Position numbers and translations under genes: made by a program
Assembly (NCBI GenBank): GCA_963729895.1
Contig: CAVSQB010000008.1
Location: 32,001 to 96,000, forward strand
Length of the DNA: 64,000 nt
DNA from: an uncultured Fibrobacterota bacterium
GTDB taxonomy: Bacteria > Fibrobacterota > Chitinivibrionia > Chitinivibrionales > FEN-1185
Reading direction: 5' to 3'
The notes under the pieces: model-generated
The model's database searches: none
What the model saw: only the letters and a program-made list of their open reading frames with translations
What the model was told of the DNA's origin: nothing
Shown here: positions 36,248 through 46,864 of the stretch, one piece after another
Numbering within the stretch: position 1 is the stretch's first letter
How the letters are laid out: each line of letters begins with the position of its first letter

Positions 36248-38233
36248 TTATGCAAGGTCCGAATCCTCCACCCAGTTCTTCTTGTTCGCCACCCTCAGAA
36301 ACGCCTCTACGACATCCGGATCGAATTCCGCGTTACTGCCGTCCTTGAGTCGTTTTACGGCCTCTTTCTTGCCGAGGCTGTTGCGGTAGGGCCGGTTGGA
36401 GGTCATGGCCTCAAACGCATCGGCTACGCGGATGATGCGCGCGCCGAAAGGGATCATTTCTCCCTTGAGACCGTCGGGGTAGCCGGTGCCGTCGAAATTC
36501 TCGTGGTGATAGAGGATCAACTTGTACAGGTCCTGGAGGAACGGAACATCCTTGACGATATTTGCGCCGAGCGAAGAGTGGGTCTTCATGATGCCGTTGA
36601 ATTCCTCGTAGGTGAGCGACCCGTGTTTGTTGAGAATGTAACCGGGAATTCCGATTTTGCCGATGTCGTGCAGGAGGCCTGCGTCGCGGATGCTGTTTGC
36701 TTTCCTGCTGTCAACGCCCATCTCGCGCGCAATTTCTTCGGCGATGTTCATCACGTTTTCCGAATGCCCGTGCGTATAGGTGTCTTTTGCGTCAACCGCG
36801 ATGGCAAGCGCCTTTATGGTGCGGATGTAGTTCTCTTTCATGTCGTTGTAGAGCTTTGAGTTGGTGAGCGCGATGCGGGTCTGGCTCACGATGCTCGACA
36901 AAAGCGTGAGCTGTTCATGGCTGCTCTGCAGGTCCTTCATTGCCCCAAAGTAAAGCCCGCCGTAGTCGAACGCCTCTCCCACGATCGGAACGGCGTACCT
37001 GAACGACAGCGGCAGGATGATGTTGGGAGCGAATTCCAGGGGCGGCATGATCTGGCGGAACGTGACCCGCTTCTGCTGGACCCTGCTGTGCGTGGCGCGG
37101 TTGTATTCCAGGATGACTTCGGCGCATATCTTGTCGGCGTCTTCCTGCCTGAGCGCGCCCCGCGACCAGTAGAGGAACTCGTGGTTGCGCTTCTGGACAA
37201 TAAGGCACGCAATGACGTCTATGGGAAAATGCTTCTGCACCGTGGCAAACAGGCACCGGATGACATCGTTTTCGTCAACAAGCCCCATGAGCTGTTCGGA
37301 ATAGGTGCTGATGAGCGACAGCTCGTCGAGCTTCTGCCTTATTGACGAAAGCAAGTTGGCGTTGTTGATGGCGATGCTCGCCTGTGCCGCGAGCATGTTG
37401 ATGAGATTGAGCTCAACCATGGAAAACTGCTCTTTGGTCGTGCCGCGGTTGAGATTGATGACGCCGATGACTTCCTCCGACACCTTGAGCGGCACCGAAA
37501 GCGATGAGCCGATGTCCTGCCTGGTGAGAGAAATGGAAACGTCGGGCAGTTTTTCCGCGTCGGAAATCAGCAGGGAGCGGCCGTTCTTGAGCACCCACTT
37601 CGAAATGGCCCACTCGTCCGTTTTGTCAATTGACGACCGTACCTGCTCCAGCTGAATGCCTTTCTGGCGCACGATCACGAGTTCGTTGGTGTCCTTCGAC
37701 ACGAGCTGGATGGAACCGCTTTCGGCCTTCGACACGCTCAGGCAATAGTGAAACGTCACATCGAGAAGTTCTTCAATGTCGTGCGTGCTGGTGAGCTTGT
37801 GTGTTATCTCGTGCAGTGAAACAAGCTGGGACAGAAGCGTGTTTTCCCGCACCAGCTTGGTGGTCTGCAGGGCCCGCGTCACCTTCTGCTGAAGCACGTC
37901 GAGTTCAAACGGCTTGACAATGTAGTCGAACGCGCCGCTCTGGATGGCCTCGATTGCCGTATTGATGTCCGGATGGGCCGTCGTCACGATGACCGGAACG
38001 CTGGTGCCGTTCTTCCTTGTTTTGCTGAGAAACTGAATTCCGTCCATCACCGGCATGTGGATATCGAGGATCACGAGGTGCGGACGGAGCTCGTCGAACA
38101 GCTCAACGGCCTGCAGGCCGTTGAATGCCAGGACCGTTTTATAGCCGAGCCCCGAAAAGAACTTGGAGAGCGCGTTGCACAGCGCATGGTCGTCGTCGAC
38201 GATCAGAATAAGATATTCTTCTCCGGTGTCCAT
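36248..38233 (-). CDS. Response regulator receiver-GAF-HD-GYP cyclic-dinucleotide phosphodiesterase
   Basis: ILIVDDD, LDIHMP, YIVKPF; GAF VPL..IGVINL; DAKDTYTHGHS, LLHDIGKIG, HHENFDGTGYP. Confidence 0.9.
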   Translation of the reverse strand: MDTGEEYLILIVDDDHALCNALSKFFSGLGYKTVLAFNGLQAVELFDELRPHLVILDIHMPVMDGIQFLSKTRKNGTSVPVIVTTAHPDINTAIEAIQSGAFDYIVKPFELDVLQQKVTRALQTTKLVRENTLLSQLVSLHEITHKLTSTHDIEELLDVTFHYCLSVSKAESGSIQLVSKDTNELVIVRQKGIQLEQVRSSIDKTDEWAISKWVLKNGRSLLISDAEKLPDVSISLTRQDIGSSLSVPLKVSEEVIGVINLNRGTTKEQFSMVELNLINMLAAQASIAINNANLLSSIRQKLDELSLISTYSEQLMGLVDENDVIRCLFATVQKHFPIDVIACLIVQKRNHEFLYWSRGALRQEDADKICAEVILEYNRATHSRVQQKRVTFRQIMPPLEFAPNIILPLSFRYAVPIVGEAFDYGGLYFGAMKDLQSSHEQLTLLSSIVSQTRIALTNSKLYNDMKENYIRTIKALAIAVDAKDTYTHGHSENVMNIAEEIAREMGVDSRKANSIRDAGLLHDIGKIGIPGYILNKHGSLTYEEFNGIMKTHSSLGANIVKDVPFLQDLYKLILYHHENFDGTGYPDGLKGEMIPFGARIIRVADAFEAMTSNRPYRNSLGKKEAVKRLKDGSNAEFDPDVVEAFLRVANKKNWVEDSDLA

Positions 38234-38355
38234 CGAAAACGGCTCTTTTTCCGATTTCTTTCTGTGCAAGAAAGGTGAAGCAGTGCCAAGGCGCGGGCGC
38301 CTGCAAACGCCAAAATGATCGGAACGGAAAACGGCTGTTCAATAGTATATCATAT

Positions 38356-39465
38356 TTAACGGCGATAAGTCACGCTTAATTGATAGGTAGGGGCAAGCTC
38401 ATGAGTAAGGTATGCGAAATCGAACCCAAGCTGTCTCTTGAGCAAGGCAACCCCGCATCCGAACGTCCATGCGTTCACCATGCTGTGGCCGACGCGCACG
38501 GCAAACACGTCCATAATCCGGTACTCGAGCCCCATATTGCCGCTGAGCAAAAACCACCAGGGGTCGGAGCCGATCGAGGCCGTTTCCGGCGTGCTTTGGG
38601 GGACCGGGAGACTTTGATCCTGGACGCTTGTGTCTCCTCCTCCGAAAACAGAAGAAGAGTTTATGGAATTCGCACCCTGGTTGGACAGCATGTCAAGCGT
38701 CTTGTACTGGACCTTTATGTGTCCGTAAATGTAAGGAATGTCCTTCTGCCAGCCGATGCCGAAAAACAGATGCGGATAAGCCTTTTCGGAGTAGGCGGCA
38801 CTCCATCGGGTATACTGCGACGTGATATTTTCACACAGGAGCCCCAGGCGCAGGTCGGGGCGGGGGAAATTGAGCACGAGACCCCCGTCCAGGCCCATGC
38901 CGTATCCCTTGTATTCCCCGAACGGAAGGCAGTGCCGCATGGCATTGAGCCCTGCCCCCAACCCTAGCTCGAACCGGCGGTTGACGGCGAATTTCCGGCC
39001 GTAGGCAGCATGGAACAGGACAATCGACTCGGTTGAATACGTGAGCCTGGTGGGATCGTAGATTGGTCCGTCGGGCCCGATTTCAAGGTCCTGGGTGCCG
39101 GCAATTCCTGGATCGTAAAGGTAGTTCAGCGAAACCGCAAACCCGGAAACGCGGTCGATAACGCCTGCATAGGAAAGATTCGAAGTGGAAAACACACCCT
39201 GGTACCAGGAAGCATAGGCAAGAGAAATGTCGTTTACAGAATCAAAAGGTATGACGCCGGCATTGGACTCCGACGCGCCGTCCCGTGCAAAGACGATGTC
39301 CGATCCGCCGACCGCAGCCTCGCGCGGGAGAACAAATATCTCCCTCGTATTGTCCGAATAGTAATTCCAATCCGCTGCACACACGCGCGCAACCGGAAGA
39401 AGCAAATACAAAATCAACTTTAACGCTAAACGGTCGCGCTTCATACGATGTTTACGGATAACCAA
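38356..39465 (-). CDS. PorV/PorQ-like (UPF0164-type) outer-membrane beta-barrel protein
   Basis: Signal peptide, REAAVGG N-terminal motif, GMGLDGG, MGLEYR..AVRVG, GFDFAY..YQLSVTY; start uncertain. Confidence 0.6.
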   Translation of the reverse strand: MVIRKHRMKRDRLALKLILYLLLPVARVCAADWNYYSDNTREIFVLPREAAVGGSDIVFARDGASESNAGVIPFDSVNDISLAYASWYQGVFSTSNLSYAGVIDRVSGFAVSLNYLYDPGIAGTQDLEIGPDGPIYDPTRLTYSTESIVLFHAAYGRKFAVNRRFELGLGAGLNAMRHCLPFGEYKGYGMGLDGGLVLNFPRPDLRLGLLCENITSQYTRWSAAYSEKAYPHLFFGIGWQKDIPYIYGHIKVQYKTLDMLSNQGANSINSSSVFGGGDTSVQDQSLPVPQSTPETASIGSDPWWFLLSGNMGLEYRIMDVFAVRVGHSMVNAWTFGCGVALLKRQLGFDFAYLTHELAPTYQLSVTYRR

Positions 39466-39668
39466 TGGGAAATATTTTCATTCCCCGGGAGAAAATGGAC
39501 TTCCCCACTTCTTCCCGGCGTTCCATGAAAGGATGCGCATTAAAATAGTTCATTGGGTGCGGAACATGGGCCAGTTCTTGGACTCGCGCGGCGCTTTGAA
39601 AACGGTTGGAAACAAAAAAGTCAAAGTTCTTGATTGAACCGGACCGCTTTTCTATTTTTATGCATCAC

Positions 39669-39742
39669 GGGCGTATGGCTCAGCTGGTTAAAGCGCTGCG
39701 TTCACATCGCAGAGATCCCTGGTTCGAATCCAGGTGCGCCCA
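39669..39742 (+). tRNA. tRNA-Val(CAC)
   Basis: Acceptor GGGCGTA/TGCGCCC, anticodon arm CTGCG-TTCACAT-CGCAG, T arm CCTGG-TTCGAAT-CCAGG; CCA not encoded. Confidence 0.93.
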
Positions 39743-39804
39743 GGTTTTCCGTATGCCGATACCGGCCCGTCTCCTGCAGTCTCTAATTGACCGATAATAA
39801 TTCT

Positions 39805-41247
39805 ATGGGACCTTTTCCTTTTGCCCCGGCTTGTGCGCTCGCAACCAGTTGCTTCCTGTATGTCAATGCTGCAGGGGCTTCCCCATGCTTAAACATCGAA
39901 TCGCCCGTCGAAGGGGCCGTCGTTTCCTCTCCCGTGTGCACCGTGGCCGTTTCAGCATGCGACCAGATAAGCTCGGTAAATTTCGTGGCCCATTTTGGTT
40001 CTCCCGATGTCAAAGGCGACACGGTGCTCCTGCTCGGCCACATCATCCACCCGCCGTTCAGGCTGCTGTGGAACACCAGCGAGATCCCCAATCAGCTTTA
40101 TAGAGGCATGTCTTTTTCGGCCGTTGCAACGCTGCGGACCGGTGAGCGGCAGTCGCAATGGGTGGGCGGCGTCTTTATCGCCAACAAGCCGTTCGCCTCC
40201 CCGGTCGCATCCATTCCCTTTGCCGCGAATACCGGATTCCCCTTGTTTTCGCGGGCTATTTCAAGCGGACGCACCCCGATTGAGGTAAAGGTTTCAGCCT
40301 GCCGGACCCGGGACGGGGTGAAGTTCTTCGCTGTGGTTGCCGCGCCCGCAGTCTTCAGCAGCGCAGGAAAAGAAAGGCTGCGCGAAGCGGGAATGGAAAT
40401 CTGCATTGATCCCGGTCTCTCGAGGAAACCCTATCCTCCGTACGATGCGTTCTCCCTCGCCATTCCCCTGGAAGGCGCCCCGTTTAAGACGCGGTACCGT
40501 CCGGTATCGGGCCCCAACGGCTCCTTTGACGTAACCGCCAGCAAAGAGGCGTGCACGTGCGTATACGAAATCAACAAGAAAGACGACAAGGGATTCGATA
40601 TTACCGCCACCGTCCCCGCGTCCCTGTTCGGTCCCCAGATCCCGGATTCGTTCGGTTGCAACGTTATTGTGCGGCTGCCGGGCGACAGCAACCAGGCCGT
40701 GAGGGTTTCGTGGACCGACGCGCCGCCGGGAATGACGTTCAGCCCGTTTTACTGGGGAACCGTGCTGGTGCTGCCGCGGCCGCTCTCCGGCGCACCCCGC
40801 GTGCTGTGGCTCCTGAGTTTCGGGGCCGGCCTGGTTCTTGCCCTTCTCACCGGAACGATATTCCTCCTGTTTCGCAAGCGCTCGGTGTCAATTGAAAAAT
40901 TCGAGCAGTCGGAGGAAGAAAAAGAATTGTCCGACCAGATATACCAGTTCATCGACGAATCGGTCACCAGAAACGACCTCACACTTCACTGGGTGGCTGA
41001 GAAACTTGGGCTCGCGCCCAGGAAAGTGGAAAGCGTCATTCGAAAACACAAGGGGAAAACTTTCAGAGACTTCATAATGTTTCTTCGTATCGAAATTGCC
41101 AGGGAACGGTTGCGCTCTTCCCACTCGAGCGAGCCATCGATTGCCGAATCGTGTGGATTCAAGACGGTGGGCGAGATGAAGAAGTTCTTTGCGAAATTCT
41201 ACCGTACCACGCCGGCCAAATTCCGTAAAGAAAACCAGGTGGCCTAG
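39805..41247 (+). CDS. Membrane-spanning AraC-family regulator with extracytoplasmic Ig-like and CBM9/DOMON-like region
   Basis: Putative signal, TM LWLLSFGAGLVLALLTGTIFLLF, C-terminal AraC HTH FRDFIMFLRIEIA..IAESCGF..TPAKFR. Confidence 0.75.
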   Translation: MGPFPFAPACALATSCFLYVNAAGASPCLNIESPVEGAVVSSPVCTVAVSACDQISSVNFVAHFGSPDVKGDTVLLLGHIIHPPFRLLWNTSEIPNQLYRGMSFSAVATLRTGERQSQWVGGVFIANKPFASPVASIPFAANTGFPLFSRAISSGRTPIEVKVSACRTRDGVKFFAVVAAPAVFSSAGKERLREAGMEICIDPGLSRKPYPPYDAFSLAIPLEGAPFKTRYRPVSGPNGSFDVTASKEACTCVYEINKKDDKGFDITATVPASLFGPQIPDSFGCNVIVRLPGDSNQAVRVSWTDAPPGMTFSPFYWGTVLVLPRPLSGAPRVLWLLSFGAGLVLALLTGTIFLLFRKRSVSIEKFEQSEEEKELSDQIYQFIDESVTRNDLTLHWVAEKLGLAPRKVESVIRKHKGKTFRDFIMFLRIEIARERLRSSHSSEPSIAESCGFKTVGEMKKFFAKFYRTTPAKFRKENQVA

Positions 41248-43344
41248 CTACTCAACGCGCTGCTTTTTCGGCAGCGCTCCCTTTTTCGAAAAATAAAGCG
41301 CTTTCTGAATTTCGAGGTCCAGCTGGTTCTTGTCGTACGGTTTTGTAAACCACTTCCAGATTTTCATTTCTTCAACGCTTTTCTGCTCCGCTGGATATCC
41401 GGACACGACGACAACGATGAGCGAGGGCTTTATGGCGCGCAGCCTGTTGATTGCCTGATGTGGATCGTCTCTCCCGAGCTTCCAGTCCATAATAAGAACT
41501 TCGCATTCCTCCATATGTTTTTCAAGCTCCCGCGCCCCTTCATCGATCGTTGAAGATTCGCAGACGGAGTACTTGAATTCCTTCATGAAGAACCGCAGAA
41601 TGCCGCGGATCTTGGGGTCGTCGTCAAGCAACAGCACCATGGTGGGCTTCCGGTTGAGCATCACCACCGTGGTGTCGTGATCCACTTCGCCCCCTTCACT
41701 TTCGGGAATCTCCATCCTGAACGTTGTGCTCCGGGAATCCGTTTTTTCAACCAGAATCCTGCCGTTGTGCAAGGACACTATTCTCTGGACAAGAGCGAGT
41801 CCAAGGCCGGTGCCTTTGCCCGGCTTCTTGGTTGTGAAGAACGGATCAAACACTTTCTCCACTATCTCGTGCGGGATGCCCGTCCCCGTGTCGATGAACC
41901 GGATTATCGCCGTGCCGATTTTCCCTTCCGGGCGGTCGGCGAAGCATTCGATGGTGATGGTCCCGCCCTCGGGCATGGCGTCGCGCGAATTGCCGAACAG
42001 GTTTTGAAAGATCCGTTTGAAATAGTCGGTGTCGCCCTGGATCCACAAGGGTTCGTCGGGCATATTGAGAACGATTTCAAACCGGGAACCCAGTTGGCCG
42101 CCGTACAATGGGATGACTTTGTCGAAAAAGTCCTGCAGGTGGATCGGCTTGTAGTCAAGGAGGTTTTTCTTTCCGAGCGCCAAAAGTTCCGCTATGAGGA
42201 TCTTCGCCTCTACCAGGGTTTCTGTAATTATTTCCATCTGCTTTTTGGTTTCGTTCTCGCGGGTGTCCTTTTCGACGAGCGCCGTGATGTCGCCCACGGT
42301 CTGGAGAATGTTGTTGAAATCGTGCGCCATGCCGCTCGCCAGCGTGCCCAGCGATTCCATTTTCTGGTACTGGTGCAGCCGGTTCACCATTTCTTCGCGC
42401 TGGGAAAGCGCGAGTTCGCGATCGCTCACGTCGGTCATGATGCCCTCGTATACGACCTCTTTTCCGTCCTCTTCGCGCGGCTGCAGCAAGCAATCGACGA
42501 ACTTGGTCCGGCCATGGAAGTCCTTGACCTGAATGGTGTCCTTGTACTCTGTCTTATCAAGTTTCAGGGCCTCCGGTTTGACAATGAAATCGAATATGCT
42601 CCTGCCGGGAATCACCTTTGCGGGCAGGGCGAGCAGTGCGTACGATGTGTTGTTTGCCCACTGGAAACGCCCCTTCTCGTCGAGGGTGAACAGCATTTCG
42701 GGAAGCCGGTGCACCAGGTTCTGGTACCGCAGTTCCGACGTGATTACCTTGTTGATGGTGGCATAATTCTTTCGCGAAATGACGCCGGCCACTGCGGAAA
42801 CGATGAGAAGCAGGAGTACGCGTATTGTCATATCGGAAAACCACGAATCGGGCGGCATGGCCTTGGTGTTGAGCGCGAACACGCAATAGGCAATGTAACA
42901 GGCCCCCGACATGACGCCGCTGAATAGGGAAAGGCTCAGCTTGTTGTGAAGCGCGGTGAAAATAATTGCGATAAAGTACACGCAAAAAAGCGAGCTCCGG
43001 AACGGCAGGGAAGGCATCCCCATGAGCGAGTAGGCCCACAGGGCTGTTGTCATGACTCCCACGTCGAGCGCGACAAGGATAAAAGAGGAGTAGGTGCGGA
43101 GCCGTGCTTTGCTGTAACGGGAAAGGTAAAAACCGCTGTAGCCGAGCAGCACAAGCACGGCGCCCATTTGCACCGTAAAGGCATGTACCGACAGCTCGTC
43201 GAGCGAGTAGCAGAAGAAAGCGAGAAATGAATAGCCGATGGCGATGCCGAGCCGGATCCACGAACTCCACCGTTCGGATTCTATCTCGGCCATCAGAATC
43301 GTCTGGGTTTTCCCGAGGAAATTTTTCTGTGTCTCTATGGCCAT
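41248..43344 (-). CDS. Hybrid sensor histidine kinase (TM sensor, PAS, HisKA, HATPase, receiver)
   Basis: QKMESLGTLASGMAHDFNNIL, NSRDAM, DTGTGI, FDPFFTTK..GTGLGL, LLDDD..MDW..KPY. Confidence 0.92.
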   Translation of the reverse strand: MAIETQKNFLGKTQTILMAEIESERWSSWIRLGIAIGYSFLAFFCYSLDELSVHAFTVQMGAVLVLLGYSGFYLSRYSKARLRTYSSFILVALDVGVMTTALWAYSLMGMPSLPFRSSLFCVYFIAIIFTALHNKLSLSLFSGVMSGACYIAYCVFALNTKAMPPDSWFSDMTIRVLLLLIVSAVAGVISRKNYATINKVITSELRYQNLVHRLPEMLFTLDEKGRFQWANNTSYALLALPAKVIPGRSIFDFIVKPEALKLDKTEYKDTIQVKDFHGRTKFVDCLLQPREEDGKEVVYEGIMTDVSDRELALSQREEMVNRLHQYQKMESLGTLASGMAHDFNNILQTVGDITALVEKDTRENETKKQMEIITETLVEAKILIAELLALGKKNLLDYKPIHLQDFFDKVIPLYGGQLGSRFEIVLNMPDEPLWIQGDTDYFKRIFQNLFGNSRDAMPEGGTITIECFADRPEGKIGTAIIRFIDTGTGIPHEIVEKVFDPFFTTKKPGKGTGLGLALVQRIVSLHNGRILVEKTDSRSTTFRMEIPESEGGEVDHDTTVVMLNRKPTMVLLLDDDPKIRGILRFFMKEFKYSVCESSTIDEGARELEKHMEECEVLIMDWKLGRDDPHQAINRLRAIKPSLIVVVVSGYPAEQKSVEEMKIWKWFTKPYDKNQLDLEIQKALYFSKKGALPKKQRVE

Positions 43345-43581
43345 GCGTTAACTCTAAAGCTTGCAGGCCGCATCCCCTGTTGTGAAGGACGGGCTCTCCG
43401 CCGGAAACGGCGGGAACAATCAAGTATATTAGTCGCCTTAAGATATCCGGTATTTCGCCGTGCACAATTTTACCATCATCCGACCGGTAATTCCACAGAT
43501 TTCTTTCCACACACAGCTGCCGGTTGATGCAAGAGAGACGGCCACCGCATTCGTCACTCATTCGCTTCTTCAAGAGACCCT

Positions 43582-44904
43582 ATGCCGTTTCGAGCACTCG
43601 TCATAAACCCTTGGGTCACCGATTTCAAACTCTACGATGAATGGATGCATCCGATAGGTCTGTATTTCCTCATCGCCATGCTCAGACAAAACGGTGCGGC
43701 CGTCCGTTACATCAACTGCCTTGGCCGGCAACAGGGTTGCGCGGCAAAGCCGCATGGCACGGGAGCGTTCGAGTCCAGGCCTTTTCCCAAGCCGCCGCTT
43801 TACAGGGAGTTAAAGCGGGTTTACAAATTGTACGGCATTGCAGAAGAAACGCTTCTGCAGCGACTTCTTTCCCTGCCCGCACCCGACGCCGTGTTCGTAG
43901 GCAGTTCCATGACTTACTGGCTGCCGGGCCTGCAGGAAACCGTGCGCGTCCTCGGCCGCGTTTTTCCGGGCACGCCGGTTGTCGCCGGCGGGACATCGGC
44001 CATGCTGATGCCGCTCGCGGTAAAAGCTGCGCTTCCCGGCGCACACGTCTTTGCGGGGAGCATGTTTGATCAGGCCGCGATCCGTAACTCGGCCATTCCC
44101 CATTTCGCGTCACTGAGGGCGCTTGCGCCGGAGGGCTCCCTGCTGCCGGCGCTCGAACTTTTGACGCATGCGTTTCACGGACCGGCGCTGGCGTCGCTCG
44201 GATGCCCCCTGCGCTGTTCCTATTGCGCGTCCGGGTTCTTGCACCCGGGGTACGCCCGGCGGCCGATTGACGTTGTCGTAAAGGAACTGGCCTCTCTGCA
44301 GGACCGGTTCGGCGTGACGAACTTCGCCTGGTACGACGACGCGCTCTTGTACAACCAGGGAGAGCATTTCCTTTCACTCGCGGCCGCGCTTGCGTCTGCG
44401 GGCGTTCGCGCGACGTTTCACGCGCCTAACGGCCTTCACGTGCGCTGGTTAACGAGGCGCGTTCTTGACACCATGCGAAACAGCGGATTTGCAACCGTGC
44501 GTTTCGGCTACGAGACCGGCCATGCCGAGTTTTCGAGCGATACCGGCGCCAAGGTCACACGAAAGGAACTTGCGCAAAAAACCGCGCTTGCGCGAGAGGC
44601 GGGGTTTGCCGGGACGAGCATCGGGGTTTATGTGATGGCCGGCCTTGCCGGTCAGACCCCGCAGCAGGTGGCCGAGGAACTGCAATTTGTTGCCTCCCTT
44701 TCTGTAAAGGCAAAGCCCGTCTTTGTGTCACCGGTTCCCGCGACGCCTCTTTTTGAGCGGTATGTCCGGACGTTTCCGCAGCTCGAACGAACTCCGTTGT
44801 TTCATAACGATTCGTTCTTCATCACGCAACTCCCGGGCTGGGATTCGAACGCGGTGCAGAGCATCATGGACCTGGCGAAGGCATGCAACGCCGGGATTGC
44901 GTGA
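43582..44904 (+). CDS. B12-binding-domain radical SAM protein
   Basis: LVINPWVTDF..PIGL N-terminal domain; GCPLRCSYCAS; YDDAL, PNGLH. Confidence 0.85.
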   Translation: MPFRALVINPWVTDFKLYDEWMHPIGLYFLIAMLRQNGAAVRYINCLGRQQGCAAKPHGTGAFESRPFPKPPLYRELKRVYKLYGIAEETLLQRLLSLPAPDAVFVGSSMTYWLPGLQETVRVLGRVFPGTPVVAGGTSAMLMPLAVKAALPGAHVFAGSMFDQAAIRNSAIPHFASLRALAPEGSLLPALELLTHAFHGPALASLGCPLRCSYCASGFLHPGYARRPIDVVVKELASLQDRFGVTNFAWYDDALLYNQGEHFLSLAAALASAGVRATFHAPNGLHVRWLTRRVLDTMRNSGFATVRFGYETGHAEFSSDTGAKVTRKELAQKTALAREAGFAGTSIGVYVMAGLAGQTPQQVAEELQFVASLSVKAKPVFVSPVPATPLFERYVRTFPQLERTPLFHNDSFFITQLPGWDSNAVQSIMDLAKACNAGIA

Positions 44905-45059
44905 TTACGACAAGCCCGCGCCTTAATACGACACGGGATCAATTATTTTCTGCACAAAGGACGGCCCGGCACTTTATCCTTTAGCAAAAGACCGTAAACC
45001 CGGGCGCATACCCGGCCCCTGTACATCACCCGGGACCATACTGCATTTCGGCTGGGCCA

Positions 45060-45812
45060 ATGAAAATGTCCAGAATCCTTCTTTATGCCCTGTGGTTTCA
45101 AATCGCGTTTCCCGCAAGCATCCTTGCTGCGAGCGCGCCGGCACGCGTCCCGACGTTCGATTACGCATTTGTAGAAACGCAAATGAAGATGGGAGCGGCC
45201 AATCATGTGGAATTCCAGCTCCTGTCCGATACGCCCGTGGTGTACCGCGCCTGGGGCGTGTGGAACCTGCCCCATCCCGCACCGGAGGTGGCCGCGGTCG
45301 CCCTGGATTTCAACCGCTATCCCACCATCTTCCGGTATGTCTATCAGTGCAGCAGGATTTCCGAGACAAAGAAACGCGTGCGCGGCCTGGGCACGTGGTA
45401 TGTGGAAGGCAGGGCCGCCATTGCGCGCGTGTGGAGCATCGGCACGGTGGACACGATCTCCTGGACCGACTCGGCCCACCTGCGTTTCTTTGCAAGTCAG
45501 AATGAAGACCAGAGGCTCGAAGCAAAATGGGCGCGGCAGCTGCCGGGATGGTTGAACTACCGGACCCACGGAGTCCGTCTCGCCGCGTTTGTCGCCCCGA
45601 GCGGCCGCGATTCTTGCCAAGTGGGAATTGTTGCCCAGGGCTGGGTCTGGCAGCCTATGCCGCAGTGGCTGGTCCGGCTGGCCACCGGCATTATCCTTCC
45701 GCAACTTTTGGACGACCTTGACAACGAAGTTGTGCGGCGGGCGCGTGAAAAGAAGCCTGCGGAGCCGCCGTGGTATAAGAAATGGTATCACGCCATCAAA
45801 GGATTCTTCTGA
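45060..45812 (+). CDS. Exported hypothetical protein, possibly START/SRPBCC fold
   Basis: Signal peptide; VALDFNRYPTIF and MPQWLVR patterns. Confidence 0.55.
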   Translation: MKMSRILLYALWFQIAFPASILAASAPARVPTFDYAFVETQMKMGAANHVEFQLLSDTPVVYRAWGVWNLPHPAPEVAAVALDFNRYPTIFRYVYQCSRISETKKRVRGLGTWYVEGRAAIARVWSIGTVDTISWTDSAHLRFFASQNEDQRLEAKWARQLPGWLNYRTHGVRLAAFVAPSGRDSCQVGIVAQGWVWQPMPQWLVRLATGIILPQLLDDLDNEVVRRAREKKPAEPPWYKKWYHAIKGFF

Positions 45813-45853
45813 TCACGATCCCGGCGAGTGCCACGCCGGAGAAAGGGAACCGT

Positions 45854-46300
45854 ATGGAAGCAACAATCGTCATTACCCTGTCGGGAGGGAAAAAGGTGAA
45901 CGCGCAGGTCAGGGAATTCACCGTTGCAACAGACCAGCCCGAGGCAGACGGCGGACAGAACACGGCGCTGTCGCCGTTCGAACTTTTCCTTGCGTCGATT
46001 GGGACATGCGCCGGTTTCTACGTTCTCTCGTTTTGCCAGGCGCGGTCCATTCCCACCGACGGCATCCGACTCACGCAAACCATGGTGCGCAATGAAACGT
46101 CGCATGGCGTGGAAAAGATCGACATCGGCATCCGGCTTCCGCCCGATTTTCCGGAAAAATACAAGGACGCCGTGGTACGGGCTGCGGAATCCTGTACCGT
46201 CAAGAAGCACCTGTCCAGCCCGCCGGAGATTGTGGTACACACGCTGCGCGGGGCATCCGGGGAGCAATACATAAAGCCCTCCGCGCCAAAGAGAGGCTGA
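45854..46300 (+). CDS. OsmC-family protein
   Basis: TDQP..GG..SPFELFLASIGTCAG, LPPDFPEKY..CTVKKHL. Confidence 0.88.
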   Translation: MEATIVITLSGGKKVNAQVREFTVATDQPEADGGQNTALSPFELFLASIGTCAGFYVLSFCQARSIPTDGIRLTQTMVRNETSHGVEKIDIGIRLPPDFPEKYKDAVVRAAESCTVKKHLSSPPEIVVHTLRGASGEQYIKPSAPKRG

Positions 46301-46318
46301 GTTCGACGGCGGAGGGCC

Positions 46319-46864
46319 TCAAGCCATGCGGTTCTCGCGGGAATCCCGGATTGCCTTCACGTGCCGCGCGCGGACGCGCTCAAGGAATTCGATAAACGCC
46401 GGATCCCGGTAATCGGGAAAGGTCCAGGAAAAATAACGGTACATCCCCTTGCGGTAGTGGAGGGTGACTTCCGCAAATATTCCGTGAGACAGATAGATGC
46501 GGTGAAAGAAATCCTTGGTACTCGCCAGCACCAGCTTGTCATTTGCGAGGTAGCCGGGGTCCAGGTTGATGGTGCGTCTGCCGGACGCAGCATACTGCCG
46601 TTCGAGGTTGTTGGTGAAGACCTTGATTTCTGCGAGTGATTCCCGGACAACCGGTGTTTGGAACGTCAGGTATGTCTTCGTAAGGTGCGTGCCCATTTCG
46701 CTCTCATAGTAGTCGGTAAAACCGAAGCGGATGGGGCCATACGAATTGTCCACGGGGCCGAACCTTCCGGTAAGCGCCGCGCTCGCTTCATCCGCCCGGA
46801 CATCAGGCCGAGAGGTCATTGCCACAAAAAGCTTCACCGGATCCGGAACGGTTGCCGTGCCCAC
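46319..46864 (-). CDS. DUF4416-family protein
   Basis: TDYYESEMG, RTINLDPGY..LVLASTKDFFHRIYL..WTFPDY; GTG start. Confidence 0.85.
   Translation of the reverse strand: MGTATVPDPVKLFVAMTSRPDVRADEASAALTGRFGPVDNSYGPIRFGFTDYYESEMGTHLTKTYLTFQTPVVRESLAEIKVFTNNLERQYAASGRRTINLDPGYLANDKLVLASTKDFFHRIYLSHGIFAEVTLHYRKGMYRYFSWTFPDYRDPAFIEFLERVRARHVKAIRDSRENRMA

Noticed and set aside
39669..39742. tRNA as integration site of an island
   Set aside because: No integrase and no duplicated tRNA 3' end seen in the window.
41677..42927. Long antisense ORFs (e.g. 41677-42927, 48938-50314, 60976-62571, 21226-22386)
   Set aside because: They are shadows of well-supported genes on the opposite strand in GC-rich DNA.
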